This document shows positions 1 through 9,923 of a stretch of DNA of 64,000 bases, in pieces. Each line of letters starts with the position of its first letter. Positions within the stretch are counted from its first letter, which is position 1. Location: the NCBI GenBank assembly GCA_963666365.2, contig CAXXNF010000002.1, forward strand, positions 1,920,001-1,984,000. Direction: 5' to 3'. The position numbers and the translations under genes were made by a program. The stretch is from Syntrophales bacterium (GTDB taxonomy: Bacteria; Desulfobacterota; Syntrophia; Syntrophales; UBA2210). Below the pieces are notes generated by a model. That model was not told the DNA's origin. It did not search any database and saw only the letters and a list, made by a program, of their open reading frames with translations.

Positions 1-213
1 GTGCGGGGGTAAGCCGGTAATGTCCTTCCCATCAAAGACAATCCGACCGGATGTGGGTTTCATAACCCCCTGAACGGTGTTCAGGATCGTGCTCTTGCCT
101 GCCCCGTTCGATCCCAGGAGGGTTACAATCTCGTCAGGCCTGATTTCAAAGCTGACGTCATGCAGGACGGCGAGCGTCCCGTAGGATGCGCACAGATTTT
201 TTACTTCAAGCAT
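1..213 (-). CDS. livF: Branched-chain amino acid ABC transporter ATP-binding protein, LivF-like (5' part; runs off the window)
   Basis: Manual translation from ATG at 213: MLEVKNLCASYGTLAVLHDVSFEIRPDEIVTLLGSNGAGKSTILNTVQG (Walker A); overlaps the stop of the livG-like gene. Not in the ORF track. Confidence 0.85.
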   Translation of the reverse strand, partial: MLEVKNLCASYGTLAVLHDVSFEIRPDEIVTLLGSNGAGKSTILNTVQGVMKPTSGRIVFDGKDITGLPPH

Positions 214-952
214 AATTCCTCCACCCCTTGCCTAAGTATGCCTCGATTACCGCATCGTTATTCACAACCTCATCGGGTGTTCCTTCCGCCATCATCTGCC
301 CGTAGTGAATGGCTATGATCCGCTCCGCCGCTTCGACAAGCACCGCCATGACATGCTCTATCCAGAAGATCGTAAGACCGAACTGCTGCTTGGCCTTCAT
401 GACCATGCTGACTGCCCTGCTGGCCTCTCCCGGATTAAGTCCCGCCATAACCTCGTCGATAAAAAGGAGTTTCGGCGTTGTCGCCAGGGCCCGGGCGAGT
501 TCGAGCATGCGCAATTCGTAAAATGTCAGATCCCGGGCCAGAATATTTCTCTTACTGAAAAGACCGACAAATTCCAGATAATGGGTCGCCTCTCCCGCCG
601 CATCTTCAAAGCTCTGATTTACCCGTTCCTTGCCGCACAAGACAGCCGTAATCACGCTCATGAGCGCTGTCAATTCCGGAAAAGGCCGCGGGATCTGATA
701 GGTGCGCGCAAGGCCGAGGCGGGCTCGCTCGTAGGGCTTCTTCCGGGTGATGTCCTTTCCGGCCATGACAATTTTTCCGGCATCGGCCATGAGATAGCCG
801 CTCATGACATTGACCATGGTGGATTTTCCGGCGCCGTTGGGACCGATGAATCCCAGTGTTTCCCCTTCCCGTATCTCGAAGCTTACATCATCGATCGCCG
901 TAAGACCGCCGAACCGCTTGGTTATATTTGATACTTGCAAAAGTGCCGCCAT
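206..952 (-). CDS. livG: Branched-chain amino acid ABC transporter ATP-binding protein, LivG-like
   Basis: GPNGAGKST, ARTYQIPRPF, LLFIDEVMAGLN, EH switch, C-terminal VIEAYLG. Confidence 0.88.
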   Translation of the reverse strand: MAALLQVSNITKRFGGLTAIDDVSFEIREGETLGFIGPNGAGKSTMVNVMSGYLMADAGKIVMAGKDITRKKPYERARLGLARTYQIPRPFPELTALMSVITAVLCGKERVNQSFEDAAGEATHYLEFVGLFSKRNILARDLTFYELRMLELARALATTPKLLFIDEVMAGLNPGEASRAVSMVMKAKQQFGLTIFWIEHVMAVLVEAAERIIAIHYGQMMAEGTPDEVVNNDAVIEAYLGKGWRNYA

Positions 953-957
953 CGTCC

Positions 958-2004
958 CTACCTCCGCACGTGAATGGTTGGCATGTACTCCCGGTAGTGC
1001 CGCCTGCGATACAGGCCGAAAAGTCCCTCTCCCCTCGGGAGGATAAAGAGGAGTATCAGAAGTATGATCGGGAATGCAACCGGTTGGAACTGCCCCATCG
1101 TCCTGATGAGAATCATTTCAAGAAAGGCGACGAAATACCCGCCGACGACGCACCCGAACACCTGCGATCGTCCTCCTACCATGAAGACCAGCAGAATCTT
1201 AAGCATGTAGGTCATGGGCAGGTAGGTAATGCCGGCAAAGGTACCGAAATAGTGTGCCAGAAACCACCCCATAACACCAATCATCCCTGCGGCACCCACA
1301 AAGGTGAGGATCTTTACCTTACTGATGTTGACCCCAATGCCGTGGGCCACTTCCTCGTCGTCGTTCACCGTCGCCATGATCAAACCATAGCGAGATTTCA
1401 GAACCTTGTTGACAATCAGGAGATAGAGCAGCATGATCCCGGCCGATATGTAGGCGGCAGCGAGAAAATTGATTTTCGCATTGTCAAAGTTGACCAGCAG
1501 CTGGATCCCGAAAAGCCCCACATCACCCTTAAAAATTCCCGTATAGATGAAGGTTACTTCAAGAAATACGAGAGGGAGGAGGAGTGTCAACAGTACATAA
1601 TAAAGACCGCGCGCCATAATCACCAGGGGACTGAAAATTACGGCGGCAAATACCGATACAATAATCGCAAAGGGAAGCGTTGCCAGAGGCCCCCAGCCAA
1701 GATAGATACTTAAAAGGGCGGCAACATAGCCCCCCACGCCGACATAAAAATTGGGTCCGAAGTTGATTCGCCCGGTTCCGACAGTCATCAGGGCCAATGG
1801 TATGGCGATAGCCGCATAAATATTTGCCGATACCATTGTATTCACAAGACCGGGGCTCAAGAAATAGGCGAAGAGAGGAAAAAGAAGTAACGCGATGGTC
1901 CAGTATATGGTGTTCCGCCAGTACCGGGGTTCAAGCATCCAGTCCCACTTCTTCCCCTTATATCGAATAACAATCCGATCTCTCTTAATCTCAACGTCTA
2001 CCAT
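958..2004 (-). CDS. livM: Branched-chain amino acid ABC transporter permease, LivM-like
   Basis: Multi-TM protein with GRINFG, RGLYY and SRYG...DDEEVAHGIGVN motifs; operon position. Confidence 0.8.
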   Translation of the reverse strand: MVDVEIKRDRIVIRYKGKKWDWMLEPRYWRNTIYWTIALLLFPLFAYFLSPGLVNTMVSANIYAAIAIPLALMTVGTGRINFGPNFYVGVGGYVAALLSIYLGWGPLATLPFAIIVSVFAAVIFSPLVIMARGLYYVLLTLLLPLVFLEVTFIYTGIFKGDVGLFGIQLLVNFDNAKINFLAAAYISAGIMLLYLLIVNKVLKSRYGLIMATVNDDEEVAHGIGVNISKVKILTFVGAAGMIGVMGWFLAHYFGTFAGITYLPMTYMLKILLVFMVGGRSQVFGCVVGGYFVAFLEMILIRTMGQFQPVAFPIILLILLFILPRGEGLFGLYRRRHYREYMPTIHVRR

Positions 2005-2873
2005 AACGATTCACTCCTCGCGATTCCTTGGGGTCGTATCACCAAGATCACCATTACCAGGATCAGGGCCGACAGGTTCATGAATCTCGGTTCACCTACG
2101 ACAAAGCACATAATTGCGTGGGTGATGCCGATGAGAAAACTTGCGATTATAGTACCTCTGATATTTCCGAGACCTCCCAGCACGGCTATCAAAATGGCAA
2201 TCGTCATATACTGCCATCCCATAGCCGGCTCGACGGTCCAGACGGGGACAACCAGCAGCATGCCCACAATAACGGGGATGAGCACCAACATCATCGTCAG
2301 GGTATAGAGTTTCTCCACATTGAGACCGACAACACGGGAGCTTAAAATATCCTGAGAAAGGGCCCTGACGGCAAGCCCTGCTTTAGTTTTGATGAAAAAG
2401 AGGGCGAAAAGACCGGTCATCACAAGTGCAACGATGGATCCGATAATCAGCTGTTTTGAAATGGTGGCAGGACCGATCTCCCAGATTCCTTCAAGTATTG
2501 TCGTATCGAGATATACTCCTTCCTGGATGGGGTATCGCCAGGATGTCGCCTGTTCCACAATAAGGGCGACAAGAAGAAGGGCCGTCAGGAGCGTCATTTC
2601 ATCGTCCAGATACTTTCTGACCAGAAACGTGTAGATAAGATAGGACACAATGAATTGTAAAATCACCATCCCGATGATGGCAGGAACCAGGCTAAATCCG
2701 AACTCCCTCATGAAGAACCAGGTACCGTAGACGGTAAGAGGAAAAAGGTAGGCATAGCCGAGATGAAAAATTCTGAGAACACCGCAAATAAGAGAAAATC
2801 CGAGCGCCACAAGCAGATAGATGGCGCCCATTACAAAACCAAAAATGAGAATGAACAAGACCGTGTCAATCAT
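1998..2873 (-). CDS. livH: Branched-chain amino acid ABC transporter permease, LivH-like
   Basis: GAIYLLVALGFSLICGVLRIFHLGY, TKAGLAVRALSQD, VLGGLGNIRG. Confidence 0.85.
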   Translation of the reverse strand: MIDTVLFILIFGFVMGAIYLLVALGFSLICGVLRIFHLGYAYLFPLTVYGTWFFMREFGFSLVPAIIGMVILQFIVSYLIYTFLVRKYLDDEMTLLTALLLVALIVEQATSWRYPIQEGVYLDTTILEGIWEIGPATISKQLIIGSIVALVMTGLFALFFIKTKAGLAVRALSQDILSSRVVGLNVEKLYTLTMMLVLIPVIVGMLLVVPVWTVEPAMGWQYMTIAILIAVLGGLGNIRGTIIASFLIGITHAIMCFVVGEPRFMNLSALILVMVILVIRPQGIARSESLW

Positions 2874-3128
2874 TAAGCCCCAACTCCTTTCTGGAGGTAT
2901 TCTATTAACCCATCAAGGCCTAATCAGACCGCTCTTTTGCGGCACGCATGACTGATTACGCCCCGGGCACATCGCCATGTCCTGTTTCGTTACGCTCTAT
3001 ACTGCGCCATATCAGAAATTCCGGTTATGCTGTTTCGGTTATTATGTGATGTTGGATCTTTGGAGGTAGGCTCACCTTGAATTGCTTCACAATTCAGACT
3101 TGCCAATGCCAACCCATTGTGGATTCAA

Positions 3129-3158
3129 TGTATAGCAAGTCTTGAATTGATGTGTCAA
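3129..3158 (-). promoter_or_regulatory. Putative sigma70 promoter of the liv operon
   Basis: Minus strand TTGACA (3158-3153), 18-nt spacer ending in TGC, then TATACA (3134-3129). Confidence 0.5.
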
Positions 3159-3351
3159 GAAAAAATATAGAAAACACCAGAGACGATTCTATCAGCTTTT
3201 AAAATACTACAGACACAAGCGCAACCGGCAAATGCATGAGTTGCGGGTTCTCTTCACCTTATATTATGCTAAGGTTTTGGATGATGCGATATAGGGTATT
3301 TCTCCGGCCGGAGAACGTTCATATACTGTGTACTGGGAATATCCACCCGCA

Positions 3352-4008
3352 TTACGTTTCCAGGGAGGTCAGACCCTCGCGAATGGCATACTTCACCAGC
3401 TCCGATATGCTGTGGATGTTCAACTTCTCCATGATGTTCCGACGGTGGGTCTCCACCGTCTTCACGCTTACGTTCAGATGAAAGGCGATCTCCTTCGTCG
3501 TCATCCCCTCAGCCAAAACCTGCAGCACTTCACGCTCACGCTGCGTCAAATTAGTAAACACCGACGACTCCGTCCGGGGACTCTTCCCTATGTAGCGATT
3601 CACCACGATGCCCGCAATCTTCGGACTCAGGTACGTCTGATGGGACACCACTGAACGAATCGCACGCACAAGCTCCTCAAAGGCACAGTCCTTCAAAAGA
3701 TACCCCGAGGCGCCCGCCTCAAGCATCCCCGATACGAACCGACGATCCGAATACATCGACAGTGCAATTACCTTCACCCGAGGATTCTCGTGAATGATTA
3801 CACGGGTGGCGTCGATCCCGTTCATGTCGGGCATCGCAATGTCCATGATCACGACATCCGGCGAAAGATCCTGCGCCAAACGAACCGCACTGCGTCCGTC
3901 CTCAGCCTCCGCTACCACCTCCATCCCCGTCTCGCTGTCGATCAGCGTCCGAAGCCCGTCTCTCACTATCTTGTGATCATCCGCCAACAGTATCTTTACG
4001 TTACTCAT
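3352..4008 (-). CDS. NarL/FixJ family response regulator (REC + LuxR HTH)
   Basis: ILLADDH, DVVIMDIAMP, GYLLKD, LTQREREVL...KTVETHRRNIMEKL; start ATG 4008 overlaps the kinase stop. Confidence 0.93.
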   Translation of the reverse strand: MSNVKILLADDHKIVRDGLRTLIDSETGMEVVAEAEDGRSAVRLAQDLSPDVVIMDIAMPDMNGIDATRVIIHENPRVKVIALSMYSDRRFVSGMLEAGASGYLLKDCAFEELVRAIRSVVSHQTYLSPKIAGIVVNRYIGKSPRTESSVFTNLTQREREVLQVLAEGMTTKEIAFHLNVSVKTVETHRRNIMEKLNIHSISELVKYAIREGLTSLET

Positions 4009-6262
4009 CGCCCTTTCCCCTCTTGTCACGACGCCTCGATTCCGGGTGCATCTCCATCCGAACACGCGTACCCTTCCCCGGCGCCGACGTAATCTTAAAT
4101 CGCCCGCCCAAATAGTTCAAACGCTCACCGATACTGAACAACCCGAATCCCTGAGTCCAGTCCGTCGGAGATTTGATCTTCCGCACGTCAAAACCGATCC
4201 CGTCATCCTCAACCCCTACTGCAACATTCCTACCATTTTTCTTCACCCAAACCAAGACATGTTTCGCCTTAGCGTGCTTCGTCACATTCACCAAAAGCTC
4301 CTGAACACACCGAAACAGCACAAAGGCTCGGTCCTTGTCCAAACTCTCCTTGCCCGTCCCTCGCTTCTTGAAGGCAATGGTCAACCCGTATTTCTCCTGG
4401 TACTGCTCCGTCAACCACTCCAAGGCCGCCTCCAAACCCAGTATGTACAGCACCGGAGGACTCAAATCGAAGGTCAGCGATCGCGTGTCGCGGATCAGCT
4501 GGTCCAGCAACTGCACAATCTCTTCCAATGAACCCGAATGAGCCGTCGCCGACGTCTCCTTCTGAAGCGCCTCCACCTTCATCTTTGCCACCGCCATCGT
4601 CTGACCGATGCGGTCGTGAAGCTCCGTCGCCAACTGCTGACGCTCACGCTCTTCCGTACGCGTCAACTCCGATGATAAAAACCGCAGCTTCTCATAGTTC
4701 TCCGACAACTTCTGCTCCGCTTCCTTCGCCTCCGTCACATCCTGACCGAGAAGAAGCAAACCCAGCAGATCGCCCTCGCTGTCGCGAAGCGTCTTGTTGG
4801 ACCAGCTTATCAGACGCTTTGAACCACTACGGGCAATAATGGTATTGACCGCTTCACCTTTCGCCGGCATATCGTTAAGGGCAGCGCGAAAACTTTCTGT
4901 TGTCGAGGTCCATTCATTTTTTGGAATGAAATGCTTCATCCAGCCCTCACCCCGCATTTCCTCCAGCGGGTAGCCCACCAGTTCTTCCGTGTAGGGATTG
5001 TAGCGGACAATCCGCCCCCGGGTATCCAGGACCAGGACTACTGCCTGGGCCGTCTCGATCAGACTTTCGGCAAAATCGCGCTCCCTGACCAGGGCCAACT
5101 CCGCCTTTCGGCGCTCGGAAATGTTTTCGTATACCGCTACTGCCTTGCGGCTTCGCAGACTCGGCCCCAGTTTCGATGCGGTAAGGGTACAGAGATTTTC
5201 TTGGCCGTTGCGGTCAACGCACCAGATTTCGTCAAACCGTATCTTCCTTTTACTCGGGTCTTCATAAAAAGCCAGTCCCGTTTCTTCGTACTCGAGATCG
5301 CTTCGGTAAAATATTCGGCTGCTCTTACCGATAAGCTCTTCCGGTTTCCAGCCGAAGACCTGATACACGGCGTTGTTCGCAAAAATGATCCGCCTGTTTT
5401 CAAGACCTATCACGGCATGGGGAATCGTTTCAAGAATCGATGACTCAAGGGCCTCAAGCTCCTCCAGCCTTTCCCTCGCCTCGCGAAGCTCAGTCACATC
5501 CATTGCGTTTCCCAAAACTGCCCGGCGCCCGTCATAGTATATGGACGACACCACTCCCATGAGACGTCGCGCCTCTCCGTTCCTTGTAATGATTCTAAAT
5601 TCATAGGGTGAGGTGACTGCTCCCTGAAGCATCTTCTTTGCATGATCGCGGACCCTGCTTCGATCCCCGGGATGCACCATGAGGAGTCCATCCTTGCCGA
5701 TAACTTCGGTCCGTTGATACCCCGAATATGCCTCTACCATGGCGTTCACAAAGCAGATCTTTCCATCTTTGACGATGTACACACCCGTCTGCATCTTGTC
5801 GGTAAGGATCCGATAGAGTTCTTCCGCTCTTTTGCGCTCCGTAATATCCCTGAAAGAGGCAATTCGAATCGTCTTTTTCTCAAAGCTGACATTTTTCCCC
5901 TGAACCTCCATGGGAAATGATGATCCGTCTTTTTTCAAGGCGCGCACTTCGTAGGGTTTTTCATAGCCTTCCTCTACAAGCGTTGCCATCATATCGCGAT
6001 ATTCCGGTGCTATCAAACTTTCAACACTCATATTAATCAGTTCGTGGGGGGCATACCCCGTAATATCCGACAACACTTTGTTGGCATCGATGAGCCGACC
6101 GTCCATATGGACGCAAATACCCTCAAAGGAAGCAAAGTGAAATCTATTATAGACATCACCGCCACTCAATACCGCTCCCCAGGACCGATCGACGGCAGAG
6201 GCCGAGGATTCCAACGCATCGTTTTTCAGTTTCATATCAAGTTCTTCAGGCTTTCGAGCCAT
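4001..6262 (-). CDS. Cytoplasmic multi-PAS sensor histidine kinase (HisKA_3 + HATPase_c)
   Basis: About four PAS/PAC repeats (DITERK-type ends), ERQQLATELHDRIGQ H-box, QELLVNVTKHA, DDGIGF, GFGLFSI; no obvious TM segment. Confidence 0.92.
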   Translation of the reverse strand: MARKPEELDMKLKNDALESSASAVDRSWGAVLSGGDVYNRFHFASFEGICVHMDGRLIDANKVLSDITGYAPHELINMSVESLIAPEYRDMMATLVEEGYEKPYEVRALKKDGSSFPMEVQGKNVSFEKKTIRIASFRDITERKRAEELYRILTDKMQTGVYIVKDGKICFVNAMVEAYSGYQRTEVIGKDGLLMVHPGDRSRVRDHAKKMLQGAVTSPYEFRIITRNGEARRLMGVVSSIYYDGRRAVLGNAMDVTELREARERLEELEALESSILETIPHAVIGLENRRIIFANNAVYQVFGWKPEELIGKSSRIFYRSDLEYEETGLAFYEDPSKRKIRFDEIWCVDRNGQENLCTLTASKLGPSLRSRKAVAVYENISERRKAELALVRERDFAESLIETAQAVVLVLDTRGRIVRYNPYTEELVGYPLEEMRGEGWMKHFIPKNEWTSTTESFRAALNDMPAKGEAVNTIIARSGSKRLISWSNKTLRDSEGDLLGLLLLGQDVTEAKEAEQKLSENYEKLRFLSSELTRTEERERQQLATELHDRIGQTMAVAKMKVEALQKETSATAHSGSLEEIVQLLDQLIRDTRSLTFDLSPPVLYILGLEAALEWLTEQYQEKYGLTIAFKKRGTGKESLDKDRAFVLFRCVQELLVNVTKHAKAKHVLVWVKKNGRNVAVGVEDDGIGFDVRKIKSPTDWTQGFGLFSIGERLNYLGGRFKITSAPGKGTRVRMEMHPESRRRDKRGKGDE

Positions 6263-6559
6263 TAATGATCCTCCTCGCTGTCCTGTGTAACGGCCGTACT
6301 ATATCCTGATCATTACGAAACATCAAGAGGCAGACTGAACGGACGCCTTCAGGACTTTTTTCTTTACATGGAGAACCCGTTATTATATGAGATATCAGGC
6401 ATTTCAACGTATAGAATCATCCATAACCCTATTGTCGGATACCGCCGGGCAGGGTAACGGCATATCTGACATATTTACAGTCATGATCTTTCGAAAGGAA
6501 GACAACCGGGACACACCCCGATTAGAAGGCCAATAACCCAGAAGAGAGGAGAGGTATTG

Positions 6560-7468
6560 ATGTCAAAAATTGACTTTACAGGAAGAGTAGCAATTGTTAC
6601 CGGCGCCGGCGGCGGCATCGGAAGGAATCATGCCATTGAACTGGCAAAACGGGGCGCAAAAGTGGTGGTAAATGACATGGGAGGCGCCAGAGATGGAGTG
6701 GGGAGCGATGCCTCCGCGGCAAAAATGGTAGTCGACGAAATCAAGGCTGCTGGCGGCGAGGCCGTTCCAAACTACGACAATGTCGCCACTGCCGAAGGCG
6801 GTGAAAATATCGTCAAAACAGCCATCGACGCCTACGGAAAGGTCGATATTCTCGTGAATAATGCCGGCATATTGCGAGACAAGACTTTCAACAAGATGGA
6901 TCCGGAAAACTGGGATGCCGTTATAAATGTGCATCTGAGAGGGGCCTACTGCGTCACGAAGCCGGCGTTCCTGAATATGCGTGAAAACGGCTACGGCAGA
7001 ATCGTCATGACTTCATCCGTCGCCGGCGTGCTGGGAAACTTCGGGCAATCCAATTACGGGGCCGCCAAGATGGGGCTTATAGGTCTGACTCATGTGCTGA
7101 AACAGGAAGGGGAGAAATACGGGATCAAAGTAAATGTGCTCGTTCCCAATGCGGCCACACGGATGACCGAAGACGTGCTTCCCCCGGAGATATTTAAAAT
7201 GTTCAAGGTGGAACTCGTCAGCCCGCCAGTGCTTTATATGTGTTCCGAAGAATGTACTGATAGCGGTATGATCATTCATAATGTCGCTAATTATTACTCT
7301 CGTTTCGCCATCGTTATGGGACCGGGCATGGTCCTGGGCAGCGCCGATGCGATGCCCACACCGGAGGATATCAGGGATAACTGGGGTAAAATCTCGAACC
7401 TGGAAAATGCCCAGTATTTCGGGGGCGTGAACGATCTCTTTGCAAAATTGGGCTCGCTCTTTTCATAA
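6560..7468 (+). CDS. SDR family 3-hydroxyacyl-CoA dehydrogenase (MFE-2-like)
   Basis: TGAGGGIG, VVVNDMGG, NNAGILRD, YGAAK; GAGGAGAGG SD upstream. Confidence 0.88.
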   Translation: MSKIDFTGRVAIVTGAGGGIGRNHAIELAKRGAKVVVNDMGGARDGVGSDASAAKMVVDEIKAAGGEAVPNYDNVATAEGGENIVKTAIDAYGKVDILVNNAGILRDKTFNKMDPENWDAVINVHLRGAYCVTKPAFLNMRENGYGRIVMTSSVAGVLGNFGQSNYGAAKMGLIGLTHVLKQEGEKYGIKVNVLVPNAATRMTEDVLPPEIFKMFKVELVSPPVLYMCSEECTDSGMIIHNVANYYSRFAIVMGPGMVLGSADAMPTPEDIRDNWGKISNLENAQYFGGVNDLFAKLGSLFS

Positions 7469-7476
7469 CATCCTTC

Positions 7477-7513
7477 GGACTGTCGGCCGGGCCATTCGCC
7501 CGGTTGACAGTCC
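7477..7513. terminator. Strong hairpin between convergent genes
   Basis: GGACTGTCGGCCGGGC-CATTC-GCCCGGTTGACAGTCC, a 16-bp stem with G-U pairs and no clear U-tract. Confidence 0.45.
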
Positions 7514-7597
7514 TCATGGCCCCATTCTCGACGTGACGGCGGGAAACCTTCCAGTTCACCTTGTCATGGCTCACTGAAAGGAAACTGCCAAACGGCA

Positions 7598-8233
7598 CTA
7601 AGCGAAGGAAAGATCCAAGGGGCTGAAACGATAGGCGTCGGAATCGAAAAGGGCGCAGGCGCCACGCTCGATGGCGCCTACAGTAATGATGTAGTGTTTG
7701 TTTTTATCAAGATCGATTGACACACCGGGCTTGACAGGAAGCTTCTCTATTTTGTCACCACATATTTCAAGCACCGAACAGCGATGCGAATGCCCCCGGA
7801 ACAATATTCCGAAGGGCAAGGACCCATTCGCCATCATGCGGGGTAGATAATATCTTAGGGGCCGTCTCGTTGCTTCGGGCCATTCAAAGGGCGCCGAGTG
7901 CGCATAGACAACAGCCTCGCTACGAATCATATAGGGGAGGTTCTCGAGAAAGACACGCGTCGGCAGACTCAACTGATCGGGGTGGCTGACCGCAAACTCG
8001 GTCATTACCGCACACTCATTATTGCCTCTGACGGCCTCCACCCGCTCTCTCTCCAATATCTCAACTGCCCTTTCCAAAAATTCCGGGTGCAAAGAGTCAC
8101 ATATATCGCCAAGGTGAACCATTCGGGTGGCGCCCCGTTTTCTCAGAAAATCGATGGCCGCCGTCATAAGGGAAAGGTGGTTGTGACTATCGGAAATCAA
8201 TCCAATCACGTGATGTTGGGCGCTCCTTGTCAT
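7598..8233 (-). CDS. Metallophosphoesterase (YfcE-like)
   Basis: SDSH, HLGD, RGNNE, AHS, GHSH motifs. Confidence 0.8.
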   Translation of the reverse strand: MTRSAQHHVIGLISDSHNHLSLMTAAIDFLRKRGATRMVHLGDICDSLHPEFLERAVEILERERVEAVRGNNECAVMTEFAVSHPDQLSLPTRVFLENLPYMIRSEAVVYAHSAPFEWPEATRRPLRYYLPRMMANGSLPFGILFRGHSHRCSVLEICGDKIEKLPVKPGVSIDLDKNKHYIITVGAIERGACALFDSDAYRFSPLDLSFA

Positions 8234-8349
8234 GCACGAGTCTATAGCGCTCTTTTCTCATAAACACAAGAGGGTTCGGGAAGTCATAAGGTCTGGACCG
8301 CCTGAGTGTTTTTGTGATATAGGGGATATCACGAGCATGGAGGGACGAT

Positions 8350-9138
8350 ATGATGGATACAAATGACATCGAGGCAAAGATCGAGGCAGCGGCTGACGCC
8401 ATCGTTGAAGCCAAACGAATAGTAGTCTTCACAGGGGCCGGGGTCAGCACTGAATCGGGCATACCGGATTTTCGGAGTCCCGGAGGTATCTGGACCAAAT
8501 TCGATCCCGAAGATTTTACGATACAGAAATTTCTATCCAGTGAAGATTCAAGAAAAAAACAGTGGAAGGTGCTGATCGAGGGGGGACTGTTCGGTAAAGT
8601 GGCGCCCAATCCTGCCCACTACGCTATCGCGGAACTGGAAACGTTGGGGAAACTTGACTGTGTCATAACCCAGAATATCGACAATCTCCACCAGAGAGCG
8701 GGAAATTCTCCGGACATTGTCTTCGAACTGCACGGAAACATGCAGTGGATTATCTGTCTTCACTGCGGGAAGCGATATACCACCGAAGAAATAATCGATA
8801 CATTGAAATCGGGCGTCGAAGTGCCGGAGTGCGAACACTGTCACGGAATGTTGAAACCGGATGTGGTTTTTTTTGGCGAATCACTCCCCTACGAAACCTT
8901 GAATGCCTCCATAGAACACTCCAAACGCTCAGACCTGTTCATTGCCATCGGTTCTTCCCTCGTGGTCACACCGGCAGCCTACATGCCTTCATACGCGCTC
9001 GAATCGGGGGCAAGGCTGATCATTATCAATATCGGGGAAACATCCCTCGACGGGAAGGCTCATATCCTGATTGAGGGAAAAGCCGGGGAAATCATGGCAA
9101 AAATACTGCAAAAGGTGAATGCGCGCCTGTGTGCCTGA
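8350..9138 (+). CDS. cobB: NAD-dependent protein deacylase (sirtuin)
   Basis: GAGVSTESGIPDFR, TQNIDNLH, ELHG, CxxC...CxxC zinc site, GSSLVV. Confidence 0.92.
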   Translation: MMDTNDIEAKIEAAADAIVEAKRIVVFTGAGVSTESGIPDFRSPGGIWTKFDPEDFTIQKFLSSEDSRKKQWKVLIEGGLFGKVAPNPAHYAIAELETLGKLDCVITQNIDNLHQRAGNSPDIVFELHGNMQWIICLHCGKRYTTEEIIDTLKSGVEVPECEHCHGMLKPDVVFFGESLPYETLNASIEHSKRSDLFIAIGSSLVVTPAAYMPSYALESGARLIIINIGETSLDGKAHILIEGKAGEIMAKILQKVNARLCA

Positions 9139-9923
9139 TTGTCTTCGCATATAGATTCCACCGGGACTATCCTCTTATCATCGCCGCCAACCGTGATGAG
9201 TTTTACGATCGCCCCTCTGCCGCCGCTTCATTCTGGAATGAAGCCCCTCAGATTCTGGCCGGACGAGACTTGAAGGGGGGAGGGACCTGGCTTGGACTTA
9301 CTACCGACGGGAGGCTTGCCGCGATTACAAACTATCGCGATCCTGCGCGCCTTAAGGCAAGTGCCCCTTCGAGGGGACTTTTGATCAGCGATTATTTGCG
9401 CGAGTCCGGCACATCGACGGCCTATCTGAAAAAAATCCACCCATACTCGCAAGATTACAATGGGTTCAATCTTCTCATCGGAAACGTTGTGTCCCTCTAT
9501 CACTATTCTAATGTCACCGGGAAGACCACCCCCATTGCCCCGGGCATTCACGGATTGAGCAATCACCTTCTTGACACGCCATGGCCGAAAGTGACACGGG
9601 CAAAAACGCTTCTTCAGGGGCTTCTTTTACACCAACCCTCTCTGGACGTTGAACCGATACTTTCCCTTCTTGCTGACAGGGAACACCCGCCTGAAGATCA
9701 GCTTCCCGATACGGGCATCGGGCGTGACTGGGAACAAATGCTTTCTCCACTGTTCATAACCAGTCCTTATTACGGAACCCGTTCATCCACGGTTATCCTC
9801 GTCGACAAACACCACAGAGCGACCTTTGTCGAGAAAATCACGGAAGCGGGAGATATGCAGGGTACTGTTCATCGCTTCGCTTTTGACATTCCTTTCCTGC
9901 ACAGACGAGAGGATGAAAGGTAA
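9129..9923 (+). CDS. NRDE/TANGO2 family protein
   Basis: MCL start, AANRDEFY, GRD...GGTWLG, TNYR, SRG, LSNHLLDTPWPK, YGTRSST. Confidence 0.9.
   Translation: MCLIVFAYRFHRDYPLIIAANRDEFYDRPSAAASFWNEAPQILAGRDLKGGGTWLGLTTDGRLAAITNYRDPARLKASAPSRGLLISDYLRESGTSTAYLKKIHPYSQDYNGFNLLIGNVVSLYHYSNVTGKTTPIAPGIHGLSNHLLDTPWPKVTRAKTLLQGLLLHQPSLDVEPILSLLADREHPPEDQLPDTGIGRDWEQMLSPLFITSPYYGTRSSTVILVDKHHRATFVEKITEAGDMQGTVHRFAFDIPFLHRREDER

Noticed and set aside
928..1713. 261-aa plus-strand ORF, and similar long antisense ORFs at 22389-23093, 30224-31051, 33507-34130 and 39933-40589
   Set aside because: All lie opposite well-supported genes and have no family motifs.
6390..6545. Possible riboswitch upstream of the SDR gene (TCTTTCGAAAGGA hairpin)
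   Set aside because: Only short stems; lacks the conserved c-di-GMP, TPP, SAM or cobalamin cores.
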